A stretch of 63,903 nucleotides of DNA, filler included, from Phoronis australis (GCA_002633005.1; 9 parts of 9 records of this genome joined end to end with filler, not necessarily neighbours in it), one strand, 5' to 3'; positions 39,101 through 53,055 are shown, counted from the whole stretch's first letter. Numbers and translations are program-made. Notes: a model not told the origin generated them from the letters alone.

Positions 39101-42100
39101 CAACATAGAGGCTGTTAATGTTGTACTGCACTTCTTGAGCAGGAGATTGGATAGGGTAGGTGGTGTGCTGTGAGTTACCAAGAGGGCATGTAGGATGGGT
39201 TGGGTGGTGAGAGGGACCAAGAGGGCATACAGGGTGGGTAGGGTGTTATGAGGGACCAGGAGGGCACATAGGTTGGATGTGAGGAGCAGTAAGTGGTCTA
39301 ATCAAATGTTTGCGAGTTGGACAGAATATGGGTTTACTAATATTAAAAAGTAGAAATTTTACTGTGAAATGTTGGGATTGGGGTTAACAATAAAATTAGC
39401 CGTGGTTTTAGATGTGTAATACCTGCTTGTTCTGTTGTGTCATTGCTTGTTCATTGTTTGTCATGATTCTTCATAAATAATGGTCGTGGCAATATTTTCT
39501 TCAGCCAATGAGGAGTTTGAAGGAGAGTCTCACTCCAATCCTACATACACTGTGTCAGATGTGTCGGTCACACAGACTCATCAGGAAGTACTGTAAACGC
39601 AAAGTGAGTAGCTGTCAGTCTGGCCCAGGCTTTGACACATCTACACATTCTACTCAAAATTAAACTTGAAATTATTTTCGATTTGTTCCATTCTATTTTT
39701 GTGTCACACAAGAATAGAGCGGAAAATGTCAAAACTAATTTATAATTTGATTTTAAGTACAAAGATTAGATTCTGGTCCTAGGACTAAAGTTTTGTGTTT
39801 GAAAATGACAAGTGCTTAGTCTAAACAGTTTTGGGTGTTTTAAAGTTTGGTGAGAAATAATGAAAAACGAAAAAGTTGTTACTGCTAATCATATGTGGCT
39901 GCTGAACCTTGCACAATGCTGTTTCAAGTTCATTAGTTTCTGTTTTTTACCCTACAGGTGCTGCCACCTCTCAAAGATGATGTGAAACGTCTGCCTGAGG
40001 AAGGAAATACCCTGCGAAACAGGTCTGTTTTAATGATAACGGGCGCCATATGCCCAGTTTAAGGTTGTCTATATTAAGCATCTTTTGATTGACACCATTA
40101 TAACTTACTCTTGTTTAGTCCGTATTTCAGACTGTACTGGTTTTTAGAGGCCTGATATCAATCTTTCTTTTGTTAGTTGCCAGGCTCAGTCTTTTGTTTG
40201 ATGTCACAACGGAAACGTCAGTTATCTACCACACTGAATGAATGCATTAAATAAATGTAAACACACATCAACTCAAAACTTGTCAACAACTAAATACCCA
40301 TCACAGCATTTTGGCCAATTTTTATTGTATTTCTTCTGCAAAAGAAGGATACCACACTTATTTTTCATAAGGAATTCAATTTCAGAAGCCAAACGCATTA
40401 AAAAAGCAAGTTTCTGTTCTTCAGGTTTTAATTTCGTTTAGCCTGTATTTTATTGCCATGAAGACATTGCTAATGCGATAATTGCCCTGTACAACACAAT
40501 AGGAGCTTAGATCAAGTTCCGTGACATCACGGGTGGACGGTGACACCGGTTTCACCAATTGATGTAGAGAAGCAGTGTCCAGGTTGTTAATGCTCTGGGG
40601 AGGGATTTTTACTGTAAAGTGCATATTTTGTAGGTGTAAATTGAACTGGAATGGGAAACTCCGTATTCACTAGGTGGAGCTGGTGTAGATAAGTACATCA
40701 TTATGTCCTTAATATATTATCATCTGAGTGAATAGATTGAGAGCAGTAGGCTGTTTACTAGAATGGGACTGTCTGAATGCCTGAGTTTACAGCTTGGGCT
40801 ATTGTCTCACTACCGCCACCTGGTGAGTTTCAAACTCCCCATCACTCTAGTCTCTACTGTTTTCGTTGTGTAATATTTACATGTTCTTACCTTCTTCAGG
40901 TTGTGCAAACTGTTCACAAGTCCAGTTACAGAAGTGAAGGAGTTGGCTGCTGACTTCATCTTTGTTTTGTGTAAGGAAAAAGGTAAGCAACTCGGAAATG
41001 GTTATATGATTATGGTAAAGTTTTTTGAAATTAGAATCCAATATGGCGGAACAGGTAAAATTTCACTTTATAAAATTTTTTAATTAGAGTAAGCAAGGAT
41101 AAATTTACTTCCTTATTTGAAAATTTTATATAGTTTATATAGTTTGGCTGTCATCAACAAAAACAATGAAATTTTGAACATTTTGGGTAATACTGCTGTG
41201 ACCAATTGAAAAAAATGTCTGCTTTTGGACATTATTTTCGTTTAAATTTGAGGAGACTTTACTGGTATCAGAGTACAAGAAGAAATCAGAGTTTTCTTCT
41301 TGTTTTAAACAGTTTTACTAATAATTAGTTGACAACCTAATAAAAATGTGATACAGTATCAGCATATTTTTTACTTTTAGTGCCAAATGATATTTGTTTT
41401 ATTTTGTTTTAAAAACACTCATTTTTTAAGCATGTTAGCTACTAAAAGATGATTTGGTTTCATTGGGACCTAATTACCCACAATTCCTTGTGTGCATTGT
41501 TTGTATACCCACTGTTTGTCGCACCAGACAAGGTTAAATGATATTTAAAATGCTGCTGAGTTCATCTACGTCACAGGAATTCCAAAATGCATGGTGCATA
41601 ACAACATTTCAAATTATTAACAAATTTTCGTTTGCTTAAGCGTGTGGGTAGTGTGTGTTTTTGTATAGGCAGTTTGGTTTTAGTTGATTGTGCGCTTTAA
41701 AAGCAGTTAATGTTAATTTAATTTTTCTTCTTCATATTCATTAGTGAAAATCAATTCTGTAATGCTGATAGTCCCGTAGGCGTCTCTGTTAATCTGCACT
41801 TGATAGCTTGAGAATGCCGTTATTATCGAGTATAGCCTGGAGCGATTTCAAGATATACTCAGACGCCTCCATAAGCTTGTTCTTGGTAATTAGAGCTTTT
41901 TAAAGCTCTCATTATCAAGGACAGCCTTGTGTGATTTCAAGACATATGGAGGGGATGTCATTAGGACTATCAACACCGACTGTTTAAAATCATTGGCTTC
42001 TAGTGCCTAGTCATTAAATAGTAATTAAATTGTATAACAGAAAATTATGTGGTCTGTCATAATGTCCTTGTAATACAAAACAGCTGAGATTCACTGCCTT

Positions 42101-45100
42101 CTATTCCAATTCCCATTTAGATGCTTGCCATAGTATAAATCAAACTTTAAAACACTCGCAGGATTCCTCAAGCAAGCTCAGGTGGACTTGCTGTCAGTAT
42201 GAGCAGTGAAATTAAAGCACAGTGTCTGTTGCAATGGGCCTGTAGAATGCCTAAGTAACCTGTCGGCCTTTCTGTTTTGCGTACTTTATTTTGCAAAACT
42301 CCGACATCACATTCCCATTATTATTATTATTATATGATTATAGTATAAATCATGAGTGGTCAAGTATTGATATAACTTTGTACCAAAACCCAATTAAACG
42401 TGTTCACTGAAGTGCCAGTTTCAATTGCTCCCACACAATAGAATGCCAACTGATGTTGCGGCTCAAATTAAGAAGTGGTCAGGATTCTTGCACAAACAAC
42501 TTTTACTTTTAAAAATCCTTTATTTTCTAACTTAGTAAGAAGCTTTAAAGTTCTAAAATACTTAACTTATCGCAAGCCATCTGGTAACGTAGAGCACAAC
42601 ACTTCTTACAGACTACTGTTTTTACTGGCGACATACTGGTCTCTTAGTTTTTGACATCATTGGGGTGTCATTAGGAATGGCAGACAATGCCAGGCAGCTC
42701 ATGTAGACCAGTGAATTTAACGAGCTGTTGTGTTTGCATTAGGAATTGTCTCCCTTCATTCAATGATCAAACAACGGTTAGCTTTCATTTTACCTAGGTC
42801 TTGTGAATGGTCTTATATTTGTTGTGGATTATTTTGTAATTTTTTACCTATATTTTTCGCATAATGGTGGGAACAGTAGAAAAACATGAATGCATTTGAA
42901 AACAGTAGTGTGTAACTGTGGTATTTCATGGTTTTCTCTAGTTGGTCGTTTTGTCAAGTACACTGGCTACGGAAATGCAGCGGGACTACTGGCCAACAGG
43001 GGTCTCATGTGTGGAGGTGCGTCCAGTAATTCAACATTGTACTCCAGTGAGTCAGAAGAGTCTGATACAGAGGAGTATCTGACATTACGTGACCAGTGAG
43101 TGTCTTCTGTTCCAAAAAGCAGACGATAACATCGAACGTTTAATGGTTCATTTTATTTTTAAATTCTTGTCGCAAATTAGTTTGTTAATATTCATACGTC
43201 AAATTTTACCACTACTGACACTGCAGCTCAAATAAGACACATCCAATTTAACTTCCACTGTCATTGCAGTGTGAATATGACACGTCCGATTGGCAACATT
43301 TGACAGGCAAGTTTTTAGCCTTGAGAGAGCATGAAAGAGTCATTTGCTTGACTTTATTTCAAATTCCGGTGTACAAGATTTCCCAAGTTGACAGAGATGA
43401 AACAGAATTTCTTTCTAAGATATTAGACATTATGTGAATCGTGTGATTAATATTCTTCCACAGAACAATGGCAATTTATCGTGTTGTAATCACAAGAATA
43501 CATTAATCTCAGTGCATTACACCTCTGTCGCCATCTGTTGACCAGACGTGTATCATTTTGTCACCGCTATATCGGAAAATGGCTATTGTAGCACCCTCTC
43601 ATTGCAGCGTGAACCCAGTGACTGGGCGATGGGAGGATGTCAAGCCTGACCCCATGGGGGGCATGAGTGAAGAGCAAAAAGAGTACGAGGCCATGAAGTT
43701 GGTGGACATGATGGATAAACTGGCCAAGTAAGACACATGCAGTCCTGGGGTGGGGGGGAGTGTGGTGGTAGGGGAATGCACGGTCATGTCTTATGGTAAA
43801 AATTCTTTAATTTCGGACACTATATGTGGCGGACAGGTGAAATTTTATTTTGTTAAATTTCTCAACAAAAATAGCTTTTCAGGAAATTGCTTTTATTATG
43901 GTTTGTTTGGCGTAGCTTTTACGAATTGGTAAATTTTAAGCATTGGCAACAATGTGATAAGTCACTAAAAATAGAAATATACCGATTTTAGCAATTATTT
44001 CTGTCCAAAATTGAAGAATTTTTACTGCAAATAACTTTGTCTTGGATAATAGTCACATACAGGAGTCGGGCATCTTGAGAAGCAGTTTTATCCACTGAAT
44101 AAAACAAAATCCAGGTCCCCTTAGTGACTATTGCCTTCCTGTGAATTTCAAAATCTCAGAAATGTCACAGAAACTTTTTACTGGAGTTATTTCCAGTGAT
44201 CTGTTGTGTCCCCTTGTTATTGAAAATCCCTGAAATTTGTGTAGCCCCTACAGGCAGACCTTGAAAATGTCCTTGTCAGACGTCTGTGTGACTGAGAACA
44301 TGGGTTAGTTAATAATAGTTAATAATGCCAGAGCACAGCCACACAATGCATAACCACTACTGACCAAGAGCAGTCTGGCTTAAAATAATAATTGGTAAAG
44401 AAATGCCAACTTGTGAATAAAATTCCTAGAATTAATAGGGCCTGTGTGGGTGTGGGTGTTCACGAAAGTGTTTAGTGCAAGAACGGGTGTACCTCAGGTG
44501 ACTTTCAACTGCCATCGAATTGAAAACACCCACCATTTTGTTTAATGTGGCTCAGTTTCCAGGGTGATTTTGAAATTAGTGCTGAATAAAAAACATTTCC
44601 TGGTTGTTTAAATCACTGGTATTAACTTATATTGAGTGCTACATCAATGGCTCAAAAGTCGACAACTTCAAAGTGGGATCATATAAGAATGATGCGATCT
44701 TACGAGCTAGAAATAACACCTGTGAGCTCCATTCCTTTGACAGTATTATCATTGAAAATAACAGGTGTTAACTTGCCTTATTTCACAACTCGATTTTTTG
44801 TAAGGATCACAAAATTAAATCAAAGCGTATGACACTCGCCGTTGTGTGAAGCAGAATGTCACAAATAGTCTAATCATCGTTCAATATAACTCGAATTTAA
44901 GAATGCAATTAGTGCAAAATCCAAAGGGAGTTGTACCTCAGGTGAATTTTGATTGAAAATGTGCATCTGGTGGATTGATATTTTGGGTGAAAATGTCTAG
45001 GATTAAAATGAAATAAATACTGAAAATTTTTTGATTTGATCATGTCTGTTTAACACTAAGTGACCCTATTTCTCCCTTTTCAGAGAAGGGGTCATTCAGC

Positions 45101-45210
45101 CCTCCATTGTGGGTGAGGATGGCCGGCCAATGCCTGTGGACCACATACTTCAGTTGACAGAGGGCATCAACCTCAATGAAAGGCCCGAAGAGGAGGATGA
45201 GAGGTCATGA
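33131..45210 (+). CDS. RIC8: RIC8/synembryn G-alpha GEF and chaperone; exons 33131-33200, 36103-36231, 37179-37359, 37913-38007, 38987-39155, 39505-39603, 39958-40022, 40900-40982, 42942-43095, 43608-43727, 45084-45210; N-terminal exons not found
   Basis: All introns GT-AG and phase-consistent (1292 nt, about 430 aa). Motifs [43 protein letters not shown]...[84 protein letters not shown]...GVIQP; TGA ends at 45210. Confidence 0.96.
34968..35062. repeat. 21-bp minisatellite with a palindromic core (ACAATATTGT), about 4.5 copies, RIC8 intron
   Basis: Repeated TGTCAATGTCGACAATATTGT. Confidence 0.9.
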
Positions 45211-46747
45211 ACTGTGACTTTGGGGTCACAAACAGTGGTCCTTGATCCAAGAGTTGTGAACTGCCACTGTCTTGATATTCAGTCGACACAAGTTGACCGT
45301 TAGTTCTGCAGGTACATGGTAACCACCCGGGTGTACATTGTGGACTGTGAAGACTGCCTCCTAGTGGAGAGTACAGAAGTTAACGTTTTGTAGTATTTAT
45401 GAACATTAGGCAAGCATGTTGTGCTGAACACTTGCTATTATGTAAATATCACGTTCCCCCAAATATTGGGTTTCTTATTTTGTGAAATTAGCTTCTCCAA
45501 TGTTCTCCGTAGTCTAGGAGAGAAAATCAAGTTTATCACGGTGCTTTATGGTATAACAAAGGAACATCGGTGTTCATGTATGGTGATGTAACACTAGACA
45601 CAGCAACGTTCTTGTGCGATCAATATTGAATATATGGTAAAGATTCTTCAATTTGGGATAAAAACAATTGCTAAAATTGCCATTCTATTTTTAATGGGTT
45701 ACTACATTGTTACAAATGCTCAAGATATTCCCAAATGTTGTTAGGTAATGGCTACTCTATAAAAACTATGCTAAAAGCATTTTTATGGAAAGTTATTTTT
45801 GTTGAGAAATTTGTCAAAATGAAATTTCACCTTCCGCCATATTGTGTCCCAAACTGAAGAATGTTTGCCGTAGTTTTGTACGTATTGAATTCTACTTGTT
45901 ACGTCTTTGTTTGGCCTAGTGAACACTCTATGTATCACATCATGCATTTACGTTTAAGTGATTTAAATTGTTGTAAGTCTTGCCAATATAAGTTGGAAGT
46001 CAGGAACAAAGTATTCAGGGCTTGGAATTTTCCTCTTTTAAGAGGATTCCTCTATTTTGGTTTCGATTTCCTCTTATTTGATTTCCAGTTTTACCTTTTT
46101 TCCTTTTCCTTCTATGATTATTTTGAGTTAACTGATGCAAAAACGTTTATTTCAGTTAAATGATACAGCTTTAACATTTTTATATCTCACGAGCCTATCT
46201 GTGGAACAATATATCACCTGGAAAATTTTGCTCTTTTTAGTCATTGGTCATTCCAAGCCCTGAGACTTGGGCCTGTGTATAAATTTATGAAATTGGAAAT
46301 TAAGCTTGAGGCTAGGGATTTTACACCCAAATATCGTGGTGTAAGCAGTTCATCCTGATTTTTTGTTGTTAAAACTAACACCTGTGTTCAAACATAAGAG
46401 TTTCTGTCTAGAAACCTATAGATAGTTGTAAAAAGCTTCAAGTGGCTAAAAAGAAGTTTGCGTTCCATTCAGACACAAATTTTTGATTATTCAGTGCTAT
46501 AAAAATGTTCTTAAAAATGTTCCTTACTCTGATGAGAAGTGATTTGTGGTTTGCAAACAACTGGCTGCTCTTTATTGTCAGCCCTTGACAAGCCAACTTG
46601 TAGAGCGTGGTCTCCAGTAATAACAAAACTGGTTCTTTCTAAACCTTGAAATCACCTCCACTTTGACTAAGTAACAATTTGTGACCAATTTCACAGTGTT
46701 GTGAGGTATGTAAATATGTAAATCCTGAACAGGCATGGAAATATAGA

Positions 46748-46830
46748 TCACAGATATTTTTAAGTCTGGTCTGCATGCCACCTGTTGGCCAACAGGTGGT
46801 GTGCCGACCAGACTTAAAAAATATTTGTGA
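46748..46830. repeat. Spacer-less palindrome with arms of about 41 bp, downstream of the RIC8 stop
   Basis: TCACAGATATTTTTAAGTCTGGTCTGCATGCCACCTGTTGG|CCAACAGGTGGTGTGCCGACCAGACTTAAAAAATATTTGTGA. Confidence 0.92.
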
Positions 46831-48531
46831 ATGTTGTGACGTCTAAATCAAAAGTTGGTTTTTGTGATAGAAGGCAGGTTTATAGCCACTTTGATATACA
46901 GGGTATTCTCATAACTTGGGTGTTTTCTGACTGCATTCCTTGTTCCTTGGAAGTTTTCAGGGTAAGGAGTAAAAAAATCGTTCATTTTTACAAAATGTGT
47001 AAATGTTGTTGACAGAAGACCTTTACCAAACAATACCCATTCAACAATTTACCTTCAGCTTTAATGGAACAATTAGTCATCTAAAAAGCTGAAATGTTTC
47101 GAACATAATTAAAACTTAAACAAAGTTGTTTCAATAGTGGAATGCGTTTAAATTCAAAACGATGTTACGAGTAGAAAGCATTCAAAGAACTCCACTTAGG
47201 TGCTGTCGTGCCAACAAAAGTTATGGTAGGAAGTATTTGAGCCGCCAGTGTTCCTGGACATGTTTTCTTAAACGCAGAAGTTCATTTGCACTGAAATTTT
47301 TGGAGAGGCTACCAATTTGGTCTGTTGAATGCAAATGGAGCATTGTGTTTAAGAAGACATGTTTTGGGAAGTGATGAGTGTAAGAGAAAAGCAGAACATT
47401 TGCTTAAGTTAGATTAAATTAAAATGTGTTACTTTGGCAAATATAGTGAAAAGATTGGCTCATTTTATGTGTACAAGTGAGGTGAGATATCCAAATGATG
47501 TTCCAGGAGTTAGGTTCATTTTTGAGGCACAGGGCACTCAAATCATGTCTGCGCTGGGTCCAACAAAAATGGCTAGTGGCCACCTGGTCTGAATGCATCA
47601 AATTACATTCCCTTGTTTCTTAAACAACACTTTGGCTGTGGCAGTAAGTGTTGTTAATACTATATACCTCAGATAATAAGTCACTTTCGGGACCAAGGCA
47701 AACACAAGGCATTATCCGTTTGACAGTTTACCAACTTTGAAGATGTGGTTGGCTGGACCGCGCTGCCGTATTGTGCTTGATGGTTGCCACAAGCCCATGT
47801 ACTGTAGGCTGGGACCATGTGACGGTTTATGCAAGGAAAGTAGAATGAAAATCCATCAAATGTTCTGAAGTTCGAGTGATAACGGGAAAGACAGAAAAGA
47901 TCGTAGGAAATGTTGAGTTATATGCATTCAGATGGCTAATAAACCAGTGCTGACAAAAAGTGTGATAGCAAATTTAAAACAACTGTTTATGCCATGACAG
48001 ATTGTCCGAGGTATACTTTAATTTACATTCACCAAAAGCTTTATCGTGTTTAGCTACATTTTCCCCTAGCAGTCTGTGATAGCCTCGTGGATATAGAGCA
48101 TAGGAAACCACTGTGTAAAAGGGCTTAAAGTGGCATAGAAGGTGAAAAACCACTCACTGCCATTGAAACAGATAGCTAATTGTCTACCAGACATTTTAAC
48201 GGTTTGTTCTTTTGTTCGTAAAGATTTTGAATTTCTGTTGATGTTGAAGCATTTTTCCTTCTCCCACACGGCAAAGCGCGTCCCATTTAGTATGGCAAAA
48301 CATAGAGGTGACGTAGCACATTCTCCATTGTGACCTTTGATGTAAACAAAACAGGCGATTTCAAGCAGCAACTAGTTCGACTTCTCCGAACACATAATCA
48401 CACATACATTACTATGGGGGGGGGGGGGGGGNNNNNNNNNNNNNNNNNNNNNNNNNNNNNNNNNNNNNNNNNNNNTTAATTAATTAANNNNNNNNNNNNN
48501 NNNNNNNNNNNNNNNNNNNNNNNNNNNNNNN

Positions 48532-48622
48532 ATGGCCAGAACTGTAGTCATGGCCAGAGCTGTAGTCATGACCAGAGCTGTGGTCACGGCCAGAGCTGTA
48601 GCCATGGCCAGAGCTGTGGTCA
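48532..48622. repeat. 18-bp minisatellite (ATGGCCAGAGCTGTAGTC), 5 copies, cut by a gap
   Basis: Direct observation. Confidence 0.92.
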
Positions 48623-49382
48623 CTGACAGTTCAAACCAAGACGTTTGTTAGAATACTTTTATGTAAATGAGTTTATTAAAGCGTTCATTGTTACCTTCCT
48701 GATCACTGAAACAATAAATGAGGTGTTCCCGGACTGCCGCTATAGCACTAAATAATGATCAGTATTCAACAAATTTTCTCTTGCATATCGCAGAGGACAT
48801 GCGCTTTCACATGTATTACCTGAATTCCCACATGCCTCACAGAGAGGAATTTTGCAAAACTGAATGGAAGATTTCAAGTGACCGTTTTCAACTACTCCAA
48901 TACAATCATCTGAGAAATGAGCGCCTGAAAATTCCTGGATTGGCAGCAAAATCTTCGTGCTAAAAAGGAAGCGCTATTGAAATGGCTGGACTTTCGGTTT
49001 CCTGTAGAAAAGAGCAGAGATCAAATTTCTGGACTGTTTTTCTCAAAATACACCAGGGAACCACTGAATACCATTCGTGGCAACCGCTTCGGGGCAACCG
49101 AGTCTCATTTACTCTATACAACTGCATCAAACCTGACCCGCCACATTTCTTCCATTTCTGGGAGAAGCTTCGAAGGACTGAACCCTGGTCTCAGACCCAC
49201 CGTTGTGACAGGACATCTTTGCATCTTTGTGGGAAGGGCCGTAGGATGTGTGTTAGACATTGTGTGTGTATGCGTGTGCGTGTGCGTGTGTGTGTTTGAG
49301 AGGGGTACTTTGGAGTCAAGAGTTTGATAATGTCGAATTTGACTATGGCTCCAATAAATTGCACTTTTACATACTGTGCATT

Positions 49383-49692
49383 ATGATACGAGTTGAATAA
49401 CTCCTACAGCCTGTACAATATGAACGTAAACTAATGGTGAACATATGATACGAGTTGAATAACTCCTACAGCCTTTACAATATGAACGTAAACTAATGGT
49501 GAACGTATGATACGATTTGAATAACTCCTACAGCCTGTACAATATGAACGTAAACTAATGGTGAACCTATGATACGAGTTGAATAACTCCTACAGCCTTT
49601 ACAATATGAACGTAAACTAATGGTGAACATATGATACGAGTTGAATAACTCCTACAGCCTGTACAATATGAACGTAAACCAATGGTGAACAC
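49383..49692. repeat. 62-bp minisatellite, 5 copies
   Basis: ATGATACGAGTTGAATAACTCCTACAGCCT(G/T)TACAATATGAACGTAAACTAATGGTGAAC.. repeated head to tail. Confidence 0.96.
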
Positions 49693-49933
49693 ATGCCTTT
49701 TTCTGTTTGTTGTAATATTTTGCGTTTTCATACCAGTGTGATTTCTTTAAAAGTTTATTTTGACCCATTTTCTCCATTGTTAATAACTTAACCTGAACTT
49801 CATTTTCGAATGCTTTGTATTTTCACAAAATGGTATTACTAACCTACCAGGTTACGTTACGCAGATTCTATTAACTGTGTCTTGTCATGATTGACAAGTC
49901 TTTTCTTTTTACGGGACTGTTTTACATTTCTAG

Positions 49934-50139
49934 TTAACGTAGAGCCTGTCTGCTCGCTGACGATAGACGCCGGGTACGGCAGTGGTACGTCGTTAACTAT
50001 AGCACGTCTGAATGAATGCAAGGATTCCTACGAAAGCCAACTGAAGGAGCAGTATGAAGGGACTCTGCAGACTTTCTTGCCAAATGCAATTCCGGCATGT
50101 GTTGAAGAGAAGTTTGATATCAAGCTTACGTTCCAGGAA
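49934..50139 (+). CDS. Exon of an unidentified Cys-containing protein (VNVEPVCSLTIDAGY...LNECKDSYESQL...PACVEEKFDIKLTFQE)
   Basis: TTTACATTTCTAG| acceptor and GAA|GTAAGT donor; coding-like composition; no family recognised. Confidence 0.65.
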
Positions 50140-51300
50140 GTAAGTTTAAAATGCTGGCTGCCTATTTTTAATTTTTTTACATGAAATTAACCTGACGTCC
50201 GATTTAACGTCACCTATGCAAGGACCAACGTTTTCTATAAATTAAATGCGGGGATGCCATACACAATAGATAGATGCGCCCATCATTTCTGTCACCCAGG
50301 CGCTGCAACAAAAGAGCTTCAAAATTCATCTTTAACTCTTTCTATCAATTTCCTATTAGTTTTTAAAACTATTATGCCAGAATCAAAGTTTAAGATAGTA
50401 TTACATTTAACGACATCTCAAACATTGTTCACAAAAGCTGGTCGTATTTACAATATTTTTCATATGTCTAGCAAAATACCTTATCTTCCTTCTCGGGGAA
50501 CTTCAGATGCGAAATATATATTATGTAACGAGAAAAAAATACTAAGAACAACCACGTTCAACAGCGTGGAAATTTGTTTACTACTTATCTGAGGTCACAG
50601 GTTACATGGCTGTCACTCAAATCGTATCTCCCGGCACCCGGCAAAGAGCAGTTCAGTATGTACCCTTTTTATTGCTACACAAATAAATGACAATACATTA
50701 AAATACAAATGTTTAGCCCAGAAAGCGAACCATTATATCCAGGCTTTTAACAATGACTTACTTAAGTGAAACATAACATTGAGTGAAAACATCCAAAGTA
50801 AAGAAACCAAAAACAAGAACAAAATCATATGGCAAAGGAGAGCATACGTGTATACCCTCAGTCTTTTCATTCACCGACTAGCCGTAATATTGAGTCAATG
50901 ACGTGTATATAGCATAGAAAGACGCTGCGGAAAAGGAAAACAGTTTTTATCCGGAGGGAATTGTGCGTCTGCATGGATATGTCCGAATTGAGACCAAATG
51001 CACCGAGTCCGAGTCGCTGAACCGCCTCTGTGACTTATTGTTCACTAACACGGCAAGTTGTTAAAAAAAGATGAATCGTCGTCTAATTCATTAATTTGGT
51101 CGGTAATGTGACATTTTGCGATTTCAATCTCGTGCCCACGGTACGCTCTAATCACCGACTCGATTTCTATTGTCCATTTCGTGTTTGGTTTCTTTATGCC
51201 ATTCTCCCCGGCGCGTGGTGTGTATACAATGAACTGTTGCCCTACTTACTGTAGTGAAGTTATACCTAAAATCGATCTGGTGGACTGAATAAATCGCTAA

Positions 51301-51462
51301 GCATCAACATTTGGCACTATGCTCATCATATATCTAGACTCTGTAGTACAGGGTTGACTTGAGAACTGCAAAAACTGTATTTTGAGAAACCAGAGACAAG
51401 TCATGTACAATAACCAGCGGGGATATGGATCGCTGCTTTTCGTCGATTCTGTGGATGATTTC
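51301..51462 (+). pseudogene. Exon-like segment with an in-frame TGA (ASTFGTMLIIYLDSVVQG*LENCKNCILRNQRQVMYNNQRGYGSLLFVDSVDDF)
   Basis: Strong donor TTC|GTAAGT, phase 0, matching both neighbours; TGA at 51355-51357; acceptor unclear. Confidence 0.45.
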
Positions 51463-51594
51463 GTAAGTGCTCTTATTTCAGTTAGATTCAAATCTCTTGG
51501 CGCAAGGTAACATTTTAAAGTAGGGATTCAGGCGTTTAGTTTTCGAAGACAATACTTAATCATGTTTACTAAACACTGATCGAAACATTTTCAG

Positions 51595-51685
51595 ACGACA
51601 CCTGTGGGGGTTACTGCGACGATTGAGCAGGTTTACAAGGACGGTCAAGAGTGCGTGAATACTATCAACACAATAGGTGCCGATC
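51595..51685 (+). CDS. Following exon (TTPVGVTATIEQVYKDGQECVNTINTI...), running into a gap
   Basis: ACATTTTCAG| acceptor; phase 0 open. Confidence 0.5.
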
Positions 51686-53055
51686 NNNNNNNNNNNNNNN
51701 NNNNNNNNNNNNNNNNNNNNNNNNNNNNNTTAATTAATTAANNNNNNNNNNNNNNNNNNNNNNNNNNNNNNNNNNNNNNNNNNNNGCTAATATGTCGCAT
51801 CTCATTAGAAACGATCGGTTTCGATTTTATAAGAGGCAGTAGTTTTCAAAATGAAAAAACATTTTTCGGCGAAAACGAGAACGCAAAAATTAACCAATTT
51901 TTTTCGACTGAAACCTGTTTCAGGTATGGTTAATTCTCGACAAAATCTCAACTTCTACAAAAATATTGTCTAATTACAACTAAAAATCGATTGAATTGCC
52001 ATATAATCTTCGCAAGTGCAAGAAGTTGATCCAAGTCCGACAGAATGCTGACTAACTTAGTTTCAATTGATTTTAAAACGTTATTCATTGTAGACCCAAA
52101 AAACCCTATACTTTAAATTCCTCGATGGACAACCAATTTCATTTTGCATGCACAAACAAAGCCCAGACGTTCGAAATCACAAGATTGCGTTTTCCCCAAA
52201 CTCATGTGATTTTTTCACGAAGATAACCTTAAAACGTTTCTAAGGTTTTCCTTTGAAGCTTCAAAGCCCATTAAGAACTAAATGATGCCAAAATACGGGA
52301 TTTTTGTTTCTTTTTTGCAACCAAGATCACGTTTATTGTCCTTAAAAGAAAATTCTCGACACGTGTTTGCAGATAACAGAATGAAAAAGGATTTGCAAGT
52401 TTTGTGCTACACAGTCTAGGGAAGGAAATATTTTCACCACTGACTGTAACAAATCCCTCGTAATCCGAACTAAAGAGATTGATAAACCTCCTGATTAACC
52501 TCTCGACCTGACCTGCGGCTCCTCTTCTCCCGAAATGAGGGGCATTTTCTACAGCAATGTCGTTACTTAATGACGTTTGTACACATAAATTAACCGAACA
52601 CTGACGGTCAGGCCTAGGTTTTGCCGAAAGTTCTGGTCTGGATATCGCGTCAAAACAGTTTTAAGTTACGACACTTAGTTGAAACAGGCTCTTTTAAAAG
52701 TACATAGGTACAACTGCGGTGATGGAGCATGTGGCGTCATTTTTGCTAACAATAACGTCCAGGAACACTGAGACACACCTCGTGTGCGCAGTTCATTGGT
52801 TGCATTGCTAAATTTTTTCTTGCCAATCGACACAGTAAATTTTGTATTTAGTGCAACAATCCTGTGGAGGTTAGTACTCTGCCTCTGTCACAAGACGTTC
52901 ATGTTTCCAACCAAGAGATTTTTGTCAGACCAAGGTCAGTTTTTTAACAAATAGAATGTTCTTGGGCAATTGACCTGGCGTGTAGCCCAATTATTGCATC
53001 CGTGGTGTTTGTCCCGTGCCACTGTTCATTGTCGGTACTGCTTATTTCATTACAG

